A stretch of DNA of 63,891 nucleotides, the filler included, from Nemertoderma westbladi (lineage: Eukaryota; Animalia; Xenacoelomorpha), in assembly GCA_032718475.1 (NCBI GenBank). It is 3 parts of 3 records of this genome, joined end to end, with 100 filler letters (N's around TTAATTAATTAA, not from the genome) between each part and the next. Parts side by side here need not be neighbours in the genome. Positions count along the whole stretch, not along the records: positions 30,384 to 56,097 come from JAUCBJ010006333.1; 2 more parts are not named here. The stretch is one strand, 5' to 3'. Positions 38,601-50,843 of this stretch are shown here, piece after piece. The position numbers and the translations under genes were made by a program. The notes under the pieces were generated by a model. The model did no database searches. It saw only the letters and a list, made by a program, of their open reading frames with translations, and had not been told where the DNA came from. Each line of letters starts with the position of its first letter. The stretch's first letter is position 1.

Positions 38601-41600
38601 GGTTGGTTGGTTGTTGTAGAGGAATGAGTGCTGATTGGTTGGAAGGATTTGTCTATGGGAGGTTGGTTGGTTGTTGTAGAGGAATGAGTGCTGATTGGTT
38701 GGAAGTATTTGTCTATGGGAGGTTGGTTGGTTGTTGTAGAGGAATGAGTGCTAATTGGTTGGATGGACTGTCTATGGGAGGTTGGTTGGGTGTTGTAGAG
38801 GAATGAGTGCTGATTGGTTGGATGGACTGTCTATGGGAGGTTGGTTGGTTGTTGTAGAGGAATGAGTGCTGATTGGTTGGATGGACTGTCTATTGGAGGT
38901 TGGTTGGTTGAGGTAGAGGAATGAGTGCTGATTGGTTGGATGGACTGTCTATGGGAGGTTGGTCGGTTGAGGTAGAGGAATGAGTGCTGATTGGTTGGAT
39001 GGACTGTCTATGAGAGATTGGTTGGTTGTTGTAGAGGAATGAGTGCTGATTGGTTGGATGGACTGTCTATGAGAGGTTGGTTGGTTGTTGTAGAGGAATG
39101 AGTGCTGATTGGTTGGATGGACTGTCTATGAGAGGTTGGTTTGGTGTTGTAGATGAATGAGTGCTGATTGGTTGGATGGACTGTCTATGGGAGGTTGGTT
39201 GGTTGTTGTAGAGGGATGAGTGCTGATTGGTTGGATGGACTGTCTATGGGAGGTTGGTTTGGTGTTGTAGAGGAATGAGTGCTGATTGGTTGGATGGACT
39301 GTCTATGGGAGGTTGGTTTGGTGTTGTAGAGGAATGAGTGCTGATTGGTTGGAAGTATTTGTCTATAGGAGGTTGGTTGGTTGAGGTAGAGGAATGAGTG
39401 GTGATTGGTTGGATGGACTGTCTATGAGAGGTTGGTTGGTTGTTGTAGAGGAATGAGTGCTGATTGGTTGGATGGACTGTCTATGAGAGGTTGGTTGGTT
39501 GTTGTAGAGGAATGAGTGCTGATTGGTTGGATGGACTGTCTATGGGAGGTTGGTTGGTTGTTGTAGAGGAATGAGTGCTGATTGGTTGGAAGGATTTGTC
39601 TATGGGAGGTTGGTTGGTTGTTGTAGAGGAATGAGTGCTGATTGGTTGGAAGTATTTGTCTATGGGAGGTTGGTTGGTTGTTGTAGAGGAATGAGTGCTG
39701 ATTGGTTGGAAGGATTTGTCTATGGGAGGTTGGTTGGTTGTTGTAGAGGAATGAGTGCTGATTGGTTGGAAGTATTTGTCTATGGGAGGTTGGTTGGGTG
39801 TTGTAGAGGAATGAGTGCTGATTGGTTGGATGGACTGTCTATGGGAGGTTGGTTGGTTGTTGGAGAGGAATGAGTGCTGATTGGTTGGATGGACTGTCTA
39901 TGGGAGGTTGGTTGGTTGTTGTAGAGGAATGAGTGCTGATTGGTTGGAAGTATTTGTCTATGGGAGGTTGGTTGGTTGTTGTAGAGGAATGAGTGCTGAT
40001 TGGTTGGAAGGATTTGTCTATGGGAGGTTGGTTGGTTGTTGTAGAGGAATGAGTGCTGATTGGTTGGAAGTATTTGTCTATGGGAGGTTGGTTGGTTGTT
40101 GTAGAGGAATGAGTGCTAATTGGTTGGATGGACTGTCTATGGGAGGTTGGTTGGGTGTTGTAGAGGAATGAGTGCTGATTGGTTGGATGGACTGTCTATG
40201 GGAGGTTGGTTGGTTGTTGTAGAGGAATGAGTGCTGATTGGTTGGATGGACTGTCTATGGGAGGTTGGTTGGTTGAGGTAGAGGAATGAGTGCTGATTGG
40301 TTGGATGGACTGTCTATGAGAGGTTGGTTGGTTGTTGTAGAGGAATGAGTGCTGATTGGTTGGATGGACTGTCTATGAGAGGTTGGTTGGTTGTTGTAGA
40401 GGAATGAGTGCTGATTGGTTGGATGGACTGTCTATGAGAGGTTGGTTTGGTGTTGTAGATGAATGAGTGCTGATTGGTTGGATGGACTGTCTATGGGAGG
40501 TTGGTTGGTTGTTGTAGAGGGATGAGTGCTGATTGGTTGGATGGACTGTCTATGGGAGGTTGGTTTGGTGTTGTAGAGGAATGAGTGCTGATTGGTTGGA
40601 TGGACTGTCTATGGGAGGTTGGTTTGGTGTTGTAGAGGAATGAGTGCTGATTGGTTGGAAGTATTTGTCTATAGGAGGTTGGTTGGTTGAGGTAGAGGAA
40701 TGAGTGCTGATTGGTTGGATGGACTGTCTATGGGAGGTTGGTTTGGTGTTGTAGAGGAATGAGTGCTGATTGGTTGGAAGTATTTGTCTATAGGAGGTTG
40801 GTTGGTTGAGGTAGAGGAATGAGTGCTGATTGGTTGGATGGACTGTCTATGAGAGGTTGGTTGGTTGTTGTAGAGGAATGAGTGCTGATTGGTTGGATGG
40901 ACTGTCTATGAGAGGTTGGTTGGTTGTTGTAGAGGAATGAGTGCTGATTGGTTGGATGGACTGTCTATGGGAGGTTGGTTGGTTGTTGTAGAGGAATGAG
41001 TGCTGATTGGTTGGAAGGATTTGTCTATGGGAGGTTGGTTGGTTGTTGTAGAGGAATGAGTGCTGATTGGTTGGAAGTATTTGTCTATGGGAGGTTGGTT
41101 GGGTGTTGTAGAGGAATGAGTGCTGATTGGTTGGATGGACTGTCTATGGGAGGTTGGTTGGTTGTTGTAGAGGAATGAGTGCTGATTGGTTGGATGGACT
41201 GTCTATGGGAGGTTGGTTGGTTGTTGTAGAGGAATGAGTGCTGATTGGTTGGAAGTATTTGTCTATGGGAGGTTGGTTGGTTGTTGTAGAGGAATGAGTG
41301 CTGATTGGTTGGATGGACTGTCTATGGGAGGTTGGTTGGTTGTTGTAGAGGAATGAGTGCTGATTGGTTGGATGGACTGTCTATGGGAGGTTGGTTGGTT
41401 GTTGTAGATGAATGAGTGCTGATTGGTTGGATGGACTGTCTAGGGGAGGTTGGTTGGTTGAGGTAGAGGAATGAGTGCTGATTGGTTGGATGGACTGTCT
41501 ATGAGAGGTTGGTTGGTTGTTGTAGAGGAATGAGTGCTGATTGGTTGGATGGACTGTCTATGGGAGGTTGGTTGGTTGAGGTAGAGGAATGAGTGCTGAT

Positions 41601-42676
41601 TGGTTGGATGGACTGTCTATGGGAGGTTGGTTGGTTGAGGTAGAGGAATGAGTGCTGATTGGTTGGATGGACTGTCTATGAGAGGTTGGTTGGTTGTTGT
41701 AGAGGAATGAGTGCTGATTGGTTGGATGGACTGTCTATGAGAGGTTGGTTGGTTGTTGTAGAGGAATGAGTGCTGATTGGTTGGATGGACTGTCTATGGG
41801 AGGTTGGTTGGTTGTTGTAGAGGAATGAGTGCTGATTGGTTGGATGGACTGTCTATGGGAGGTTGGTTTGGTGTTGTAGAGGAATGAGTGCTGATTGGTT
41901 GGAAGTATTTGTCTATGGGAGGTTGGTTGGTTGTTGTAGAGGAATGAGTGCTGATTGGTTGGAAGGATTTGTCTATGGGAGGTTGGTTGGTTGTTGTAGA
42001 GGAATGAGTGCTGATTGGTTGGATGGACTGTCTATGAGAGGTTGGTTTGGTGTTGTAGAGGAATGAGTGCTGATTGGTTGGATGGACTGTCTATGGGAGG
42101 TTGGTTGGTTGTTGTAGAGGAATGAGTGCTGATTGGTTGGAAGTATTTGTCTATGGGGGGTTGGTTGGTTGTTGTAGAGGAATGAGTGCTGATTGGTTGG
42201 ATGGACTGTCTATGAGAGGTTGGTTGGTTGGTTGTTGTAGAGGAATGAGTGCTGATTGGTTGGATGGACTGTCTATGGGAGGTTGGTTGGTTGTTGTAGA
42301 GGAATGAGTGCTGATTGGTTGGATGGACTGTCTATTGGAGGTTGGTTGGTTGAGGTAGAGGAATGAGTGCTGATTGGTTGGATGGACTGTCTATGGGAGG
42401 TTGGTTTGGTGTTGTAGAGGAATGAGTGCTGATTGGTTGGATGGACTGTCTATGAGAGGTTGGTTGGTTGTTGTAGAGGAATGAGTGCTGATTGCTTGGA
42501 TGGACTGTCTATGAGAGGTTGGTTGGTTGTTGTAGAGGAATGAGTGCTGATTGGTTGGAAGTATTTGTCTATGAGAGGTTGGTTGGTTGTTGTAGAGGAA
42601 TGAGTGCTGATTGGTTGGATGGACTGTCTATGAGAGGTTGGTTTGGTGTTGTAGATGAATGAGTGCTGATTGGTTG
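32646..42676. repeat. 59/60-bp G+T-rich intronic satellite, about 170 copies, with a 3088-bp higher-order duplication
   Basis: Unit GTCTATGGGAGGTTGGTTGGTTGTTGTAGAGGAATGAGTGCTGATTGGTTGGA(TGGACT/AGGATTT/AGTATTT). The variant pattern recurs at an offset of 3088 (ORF pairs 35153/38241, 35476/38564, 36435/39523, 36793/39881). Confidence 0.98.
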
Positions 42677-43101
42677 ATTAGGTTGGTTGATATTGAGACG
42701 ATTAAGGGTTCACAAACATAATTTATAGTATCTTGTTTGCTCTGTTTATTTATTATTTAACAACTGTATGCCACTTACATTTATTTCCCTACTAATTATA
42801 TTAATTTATTAAATTTCAAGTTACACAATATGAATACTGTAACTGTATATTGCCTTCATAAGATGATTTTAATTCAATTATTTTTAATTTCCATTATAAA
42901 ACACTAATTGCACGTGTGCACAATACAATTAATAATAAACACAATTTTGTTTAAAATGGTAGGCTACATCAGATAGCTAAATAAGCTAGTATTTGCCGAA
43001 ATACTTATGATTTCATGTATCGATTTTACTTAGCGATAAAAATTGACTATATATTATTTCCTCTTTTATTATTTCAATTATTTATCTGTTACTGCTGCTA
43101 G

Positions 43102-46100
43102 AAGGAAGAGATGTTTCCCCATCTTATAATGTTAGTCGGAGTATTCCAGAACCCCCCTCACGTTCCTCTCGACACACATCTAGTTATTCCTCCGCTAGTC
43201 AAACCAACCGCACGACCTCACCTGACCGTCGTCGAGTGACGACGGATGTGCGCGTCGGGCGGTCACGCAGCCGCTCGCGTAGCCCGTCGCCTGGACGACG
43301 CAGTGCCTCCGCCGACGAGTTGAGCAACTCGGGTTCTGGGAGACGCTACTCCAAGTTCAATGAAGACTACAAGAAGTTTCTGGATCTCTACGAACCCGAT
43401 GGGGCTGTAACCCCCAGAATGGCGAGACCCAATACAACCGACTTTACCTCATTGTGGCAGTATTTCGAAGCGATGTCGAATTTGAATGACACGCTGCCCA
43501 TTCAGTATCGGGATGAACCTCCTCGTAAACGGATGCTGCGTCGTAGCCGCAGTCAAGGTCGCAGTCATGTGCGAGAAGATAGCAATAGTGACAACTATAT
43601 AGCCGATGTCAGTGATCGATATTCCTCTTCAAGAAAGGAAACCACATTTAATGATGTTCATAGTTTGCAAAGGGATTATCGTTCCATGAGAGGTCGTTCA
43701 GTTCCCGAAAAAAGCGTCGGAAAAGGTTTTGTTTATAATAAGACTCATGGGTCTGGGGGGAGGGAATACGATTCTGCGGCTATGTTGGGCACTGGTGAAA
43801 GGAGATTGGTGAAAGGATATGGAGAAAGGAAGCATGAAGTGAATGGTGATATCAATGACGGGGGCTACCACAGCGCTCATCACAATTCTGATATCAATGA
43901 TAATAGAGATGGTCACGGCTCGCGTTCGATCGAAGTATTTAGACATCGGAAGGTTATCAAGTTACCCTCCAATCAGCACTCAGAGTTTACGGAGTCGCGT
44001 CCCTCACACCAAAGCAACGTATACAAACGACGCACGTGGGAGTACGTGTCTCCGTGGTTGAATGGACAACCGCAGGAACTCGAGAAACAAGGTGGCCTCA
44101 GTGAACACCGTACGGTGGCTTCCAACCAATCGTCGAGGCTGTTAGCTAGTAAAGGTGCTGCTATCCAGCCGCCTCCACTACCAAGAGGGAAGATATTTTC
44201 TAGCCACCAGGGCGACTCACATTCCTCCAAAAGGGAGCGGGATCCCGCAGACGATCTCCCTAGATACAATCAAACCACTCTGAGTCTAAGTCGTTCCCAA
44301 TTGCAAGATGGCCGGATTGATGATCATTCCAGAACCTCTAGGTCTATTAGTAGCAGTCAACGAGCTTCCAACTATTCTAAAATGTTCTCCACCAATATTC
44401 GTTCCAGTAGCCAAGAAGAATTAGATCATTCCAGTAAAGATGATTTAAAGGAGAAACTTGCACATTCTAGAAGGTACTATTATCGCCAACAACATGAGCC
44501 ATATTTGCGTAGGAGTCGAAGTACAGATGAACTTGATCGAGATGTTGTGCGGAGTCGTAAACAGCAGTATGTTGGTCATGTAGAACAGGATAGGAAGTCC
44601 GGTGAGTTTGGTGAGGTTGTGCAGCGCAGCCACTCCGACCAGGATTTGACTATAGCGGCTGCTCCCCCCGATGGATTGTGGAGTTTGCGACCGGAAGTAT
44701 TCGGTCTGCTGGACAGTGACTTTACCACGATGACCCGACCGGATGTGGGGTCTACTCAGTCCCTGAGGGTGGCTCGTGGGCGGGAGATGTGGCGTTATGT
44801 TGGGCGTTACCATGACAACTCGGATTATGATGGTAATCAGAGCAGGCTATTCGATGCCAAGCCTTACCACGATGTTCGGAAGGGAAGGGAAATGCATCGG
44901 TACATCGGTAAACCATTGGATGACTCGTATGCCACTGTTAATTCTGATGGATTCCACGATGTAAAATCAGGTAGAGAAATGTTTAGGTACATGGGTAAAC
45001 CAGGCGAGGATTCGGCTGACAGGTATGCAAAGGAACATGCTGATAATGCAATCGCCCCAAAAATTGGTACAGACCGGGGCAGAGAAATGTACCGTTACCT
45101 TGGTGATGGAGTATCAGAGCAAGGAGTCTATGGTTTGGAAAAGCTTGAAAAGTCGAAACTGACTCAGCAGGATTTGGGTACTTATAAAGGGCGAGAGATG
45201 CTTAGATATTTGGGAGGTGAAAACGGAAAAGTTGCGGATCATTCTGCATCTTCACTTGTTCAGCGCATAAATGATCCTAACCTGGAAATAGGAAAGGGTA
45301 GAGAAATGTTCAGATATAGAGATGATGGTGCTAGACAGGCAAACGATTATGCAAAAATCGCTATTGAAAAAGATGCTAAAATTTGCTTGGGTAGAGACAA
45401 GGGGCGAGAAATGTACAGATTTCAGGATGGTGAATCTAGTGATGTATATGCAGCGATGATGGTTGATCAGAATAAAGAGTTTGAATACAGCAATGTTGGG
45501 AGAGGTCGTGAGTTTTATAGGTTTGCTGGATCAAATGAGTCGAAGAGTGCAGATAATTCAGCTGTGGCTGAAGTTGACAAAATAATCAAGTTGAATAGGT
45601 CGGTTGATCGAGGCCGTGAGTGGTACCGACATATATGCGATGACACGAACGTCGACAGCTCCGTCTTCCAGTCTGTCGCTCACGACAAGGAATTAGGCGA
45701 TAATTTTGATCAGCGAATTTCTCGACCTCGCGAAATGTACCGACATGTTGGGGATGATATATCCAAGAGTGCCGATATATCCGCGATGGAAGGCATTTTA
45801 AAAGATAAAGACAGAGATTTTGGAGTTGGGGTTGAACGCGGTAGGGAATGGTTCCGCTACACGGACAGTAATCAGGATACATCTGGAGAAGTTAATGGTT
45901 TTAATGAGAAACGCGTTTCCGATTTTGTGCCGGTAGAACGAGGCCGCGAGATGTATCGCTACCAGGATAACCCTGAGGCAGATATTGCTGCTGATATTAG
46001 TGCATTTGAGTTATCGCAACAGCGAAGTCGAGGTCATTACTCTTCAATTGAACGTGGTAGAGAGATGTACCGCCATTTGGATGATGATATAACGCACCCA

Positions 46101-48494
46101 GATAAGGCGGCGTATGAAACCCTTGTGTCTCAGCATTATTCTGGGATGGATTTGAGTAAGGTGGAGCGTGGACGCGAAATGTACCGTCATGTAGGACAAG
46201 ATGGCATTGCAGATATTGCTCTCTATGAGGAAAAACACAAGGCAGGAAAATCGGTTGTTCGAGGCAGCAATGTAGAGCGTGGGCGTGAAATGTACCGCTA
46301 CACCGGATCACGTGCTGCTCGCATTAACAATCCATATGTCACCAGAAATCTCAACTCATATAATATTGATTCAACAGACACGAATACCTATAAATCGTCA
46401 GACATTCACCGCTCCTTACGAGTCAATATCGATGATAAATTTTTAAACCGTTCAAAGTCATTGATTAATGAAAGTAAAGTCAGTGAAAATATTTACTCAA
46501 ACGGTACTCAAAATCGTGTTGAAAATGGTGCATTAAATCATGTTGATGCTAGAGTGGATTCTAAAGGTCGAATAATTCAAATTTCTAAAATTAAAACTAA
46601 AGAAAAAACATCGGCAAAAAGGATCATAATGCCTCCACCACCTCCAATACCTTTATTGGAAGACAAAAACGACACAGATGAACAAGTTGTGGAAAACTTA
46701 GGCGAAGAGTGGTCTTTGGTTACTTTAAAAAATAAGAAAAATAGTTCAGTAATCGAATCAAACATTAGCAATGACATACAAAGCCAGGTGGCTAGAACAT
46801 CTCTTCCCTTAAACACTTCCGTTTTAGGAGATGATGGGGTCGTTTCTGATCATGTGAATTCGATTGAGGAAGGAAGATTCGGTAATAGACGGTCCCCTAG
46901 ACGGGGCTACTCCTATAAGTACTACCAAGCACTTGGCCCTGATGAGCAGAAGAAACTACACGATGAAAACCTACGACCCACACCACCTAAAGTTAGACAG
47001 GAAAGACATTTTGTTTCCAACCGAAAGATCAGGTTATCATCATCAGGTGAGCGGGAGTCCCGAACTCCATCGCCTGACAAGGATCGCCGCAGTTTATCCC
47101 CGGAACGACGATCAATGAGCCCATCATTGTGGCGGAAGTACCCTCCTAATGTAGAGATCGATCCTAGACATCCCAACGTGGTCCGGGCATCGTCTCCAGC
47201 CCACCGCAGGAAACCGCTTCCGGATTCGAAGAGAGCGCAGTCTCCAGTTGGACAGCGGAAACCGCTTCCAGATTCGAAGAGAGCGCAGTCTCCAGTTGGA
47301 CAGCGGAAACCGCGTCATGATTACGAGAGAAATCGGTCTCCGGTTAGCCGGAGGAATCCGCTCCCGGATGCCTCTGGGGGGTCCTCACGTGAGTCTCTTC
47401 TTTCCAACCACTCCGCTGCAACAAACAGCAGCGAATTCCTCAATGACAACCGAGATCTCCCCACCCCACAGGAACTTCCACCCATCACCAAGAAGCAAAC
47501 AAGCAATAAATCCCTACAATTATATCAACCAAACCGAGATACAACCAATGATGTAAAGTCAAATCATTTAATGTATTCCGAATCTCCTGAAATACAAAAT
47601 TCAGCTGTTAATAAAATTGAGAAGCTGTCTGAAAATGCGGAGGATGACGGTTTATTCCGGGAAGCGAGTAAAGTTGTGACTAAAAGTGAAACTCGTTCCA
47701 AGTTTACTTACTGCCCGGAGCCTGTGAGCGTCAAGGAAACACCTTCAGGGGGAGTGATCAACCAGGGACCGACTTTCGTGATAACCGCCACGAAAACCGA
47801 CATCCAGGAGCGGCACACGTTGATCGAATCGGAAGAGAATGACTTCAAATCGGAGATCACGGACGCTATTAGAGAACACGCGCGGCGTCTCACCGACTGG
47901 CACTGTCGTCACGTCGTCCCAGATAACACTGTCAACTCCCGTAGCTACTCCTTCAAGATCGATGTCCAGGCTGAAGATGCTTTAAAAGACGTCGAGACCA
48001 ATCTAAGAAAAGACGAACTACAAGAAACGTCACTAGACACCATGACAACTATGTCATCATCTATGGTAGAGCAAAAACCAACAAAACAGCAATTATTGAC
48101 CAGACATCTTAGTTTAATGGTAGGTAATCACAGTGATGTTTATTCTGACGTGGAACGGTGCCAGAGCGCTACTACGTTAGATGATGCATCATCCGTGACG
48201 TCATCAACAACGCGACCTCCTCGCCGAACCAATCGCCTGAGGAAGTGGGAGGAGCGAAGTGGACTCAGTACCGGTATCTCGTTCGCGAGTAGCGGTTTCT
48301 TCTCGGACTCATCAGACCAAAGTCCCTCGAGATTGTCGGACACTTCGCCGCGTAGACCACAGCCGCCGAGCCCAGCCCGTCTCTATGCCCACGTGCAGTC
48401 CTGTCCAGCGGACCTACAAACTTCCAGCAAACATCGCAAGAGCAATAGGGGAGGAGCAGCCCGTCACGCCGCTATTACAGGTGCTATTATGTAG
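43102..48494 (+). CDS. Giant (about 5.4 kb) exon of the SORBS/CAP-like gene; disordered Ser/Arg-rich protein with 15 GREMYRY-type repeats and Pro-rich motifs
   Basis: The 1752-aa ORF extends upstream in frame to a ctAG acceptor at 43100-43101 (phase 1). It ends either at stop 48494 or at a weak phase-1 donor AG|GTGCTA at 48481. Repeats are diverged in DNA but conserved in protein. Confidence 0.85.
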
Positions 48495-49064
48495 CAACGA
48501 TATCCTTCTTATTCCTGTGTTTGTCACTTTCATTTAGTCCCCGTTGATGTTTTTCTCCAAGGCACATTATTTTTTGTTCCATGATGTATTTGTATGTTAA
48601 TGGCAAGGCATGCTTTATTTTTATTTTATCTTGCCGACCTCTATCCCGGTAAATATATTATCCTTTTTTGCACCCTCTTCCTGTGAATGCGCTTAACCGT
48701 GTTTCAACTCGTTTTTAATCTATTTTTTTGCGATGTATTTTTCTTGCTTTTGTGTGGATATTAATATAACATTGCTAAGTTTATTAAATACGTCGTACTA
48801 ACACTTAACTATAAATAACACTTCTGCTGTAAATGGTGATGGTGTTTGTTAAGCTTTTGTGTTTGGTGGAGGGTTTTGCACCAGTTTTTTTCAACTTTCT
48901 CTTTGAAATTGTTATTTAATTAAATTGTTTAACGTTTCTCTGCGGTCATCTTCCCTCCTAACTGATTGTAATTCCAATTATCTCTTTCAAAACATAGCCA
49001 CAATCTATGGCCTATCTAATATGATGTCTAGCATGGAATGGTTAATCAAGAACATGAGCGCATG

Positions 49065-50285
49065 GGATCTAGGACACTTCCCCCCCCGCCCAAGTAGGAC
49101 ACTCCCCCCCCCCCCCCCCCCCCCGGACACTTCCCCCCCGGACACTTCCCCCCCCGGACACTTTCCCCCGCCCAAGTAGGACACTCCCCCCCCCCCGGAC
49201 ACTTCCCCCCCGTACACTTGCCCCCCGGACACTTCCCCCCCCAGTTAAAGTGTTAAAATTAATCTGGGTGCATCAAAGCAATAAACAAAAGTTAAAGATG
49301 GTTACAGGACAAGTTGTATCTAGACAAGTTTTTCAAAATTATAAAAGAAACATTTTTATAGTCAAATTTTGTTTGTTTTTCTTTTAATTCCTTTAATTCT
49401 TTTAATTTCTACCGCCCCCAAACCCCCGCTTCTTTTCTTGGGGGCTGCCGCCCCCAAACCCCCGCTTCTTTTCTTGGGGGTTATCGCCCCCAGACCCCGG
49501 CATTTCCCTGAGTGCCCGTGGTGAAAGACTTAAGACCACTTTGAAATAATTAATTCATGTTTGTATCGTCAGATAATACATTGACTAAGCCTAGAGTAGG
49601 AGCTGTATTAAATGTTAACCAATTTAATATATAAATTACTACAATATTATATAATTCAACAAAATCCTATTAAAAATATAGCAAGTAACCAGGAAATTTA
49701 ATATGTAGTGTGTATAATATCTATATAGTATGTATAGTAGTAATATATATATCAATATGTAATGCTGAACACAGAATACAGGTCGACGCATGTCGATTTT
49801 ACCCTGGAGAGGTATAATTTTGATTGCAACAATAATATTCATCCCCATCTGCTACAATTTAAAGAAGACTATTACATAATAATACCTATAATTAAAACAA
49901 TTAATTATTATAATTCTATAGTTAATAAAAACAGTATATCATTCCGGGGATGGAATTTATAGGTCATCTAATATAATTAATTGTTTAAAGATTAGCAAAC
50001 AATACGATGTAATTGCATTGATAAAACCCATAAATAAAACTTGGATATAAAATGTAAAATCGGGATGCAAAAGATCACTTTCTGAGCTACGAAAGGAAAA
50101 TTGGATACAACTTATCTGGATACAAGCGGTCCGTTTACCTTACAAAATGAAAAATACGAATGTGCGAAGTTAAGAACAGTCGGGGGGGGGGGGGGGGGGG
50201 AAGTGTCCGCGGGGGGGAAGTGTCCTACTTGAGCGGGGGGGAACTGTCCGGGGGGAAGTGTCCAGGGGGGAAGTGTCCGAACACC
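49065..50285. mobile_element. Mutator-type non-autonomous element with repeat-built TIRs
   Basis: 9-bp TSD GAGCGCATG at 49056-49064 and 50286-50294; both ends consist of GGACACTTCCCCC units in inverted orientation. Confidence 0.85.
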
Positions 50286-50701
50286 GAGCGCATGTTCTTA
50301 ACTATTTACAACATAAGCTCTGTAAACAATAAACATCATGCCATCTCAACCAACAATCACTGATTAATAAATTATCTTATCTGCAAGCAAGTTTGTTGGC
50401 ATGATTACTGTATTATTTTTTTGTAATTTTTAATATAATATTTAATATCCATAATAATTAACAAAAAATGTAAACAATTTTATTTTATAGCTAAGAGACA
50501 AAAAAACATAATACACTATCATTATAAAAATAAAATGAACACCTTTGCCACGATTGTCTTCATATTATATTAGCTGTATTGGCTATAGAACAACGCCCTT
50601 GTGAACTTTTATTATGAATGTTCCATTACACAACGGACTGGGCATCGTACCCCACAGTATAGTCTAGCAGGTTACTGTAAGTTTGTGTGGCTGGTTTACA
50701 G

Positions 50702-50843
50702 GTACTTTACGTCGTTCCCATGGCGATCTACGGAGTTCCCATGACGATGAGCGCTCGTCGCCATCCCAACATATCAAGTCGACTACGATGGATCGGGTTA
50801 CCCGCCAAGAGGTGCCGGGCAGGTTTATATCTACCGACAGGCG
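50702..50843 (+). CDS. Internal exon of the SORBS/CAP-like gene
   Basis: tttacAG acceptor (phase 1); reads GTLRRSHGDLRSSHDDERSSPSQHIKSTTMDRVTRQEVPGRFISTDRR; GC-richer than flanks; donor CG|GTAAGT at 50844 (phase 2) matches the phase-2 acceptor at 53978. Confidence 0.7.

Noticed and set aside
32667-42307. Many short Cys/Trp-rich ORFs (MSADWLEGFVYGRLVGCCRG)
   Set aside because: Produced by runs of 60-bp satellite variants and broken by the 59-bp variants.
48295-48318. Hammerhead-like CTGATGAGTCCGAGA..GAAA on the minus strand
   Set aside because: The 3' strand of stem II (GGAC) is absent, and the site is antisense to protein-coding sequence.
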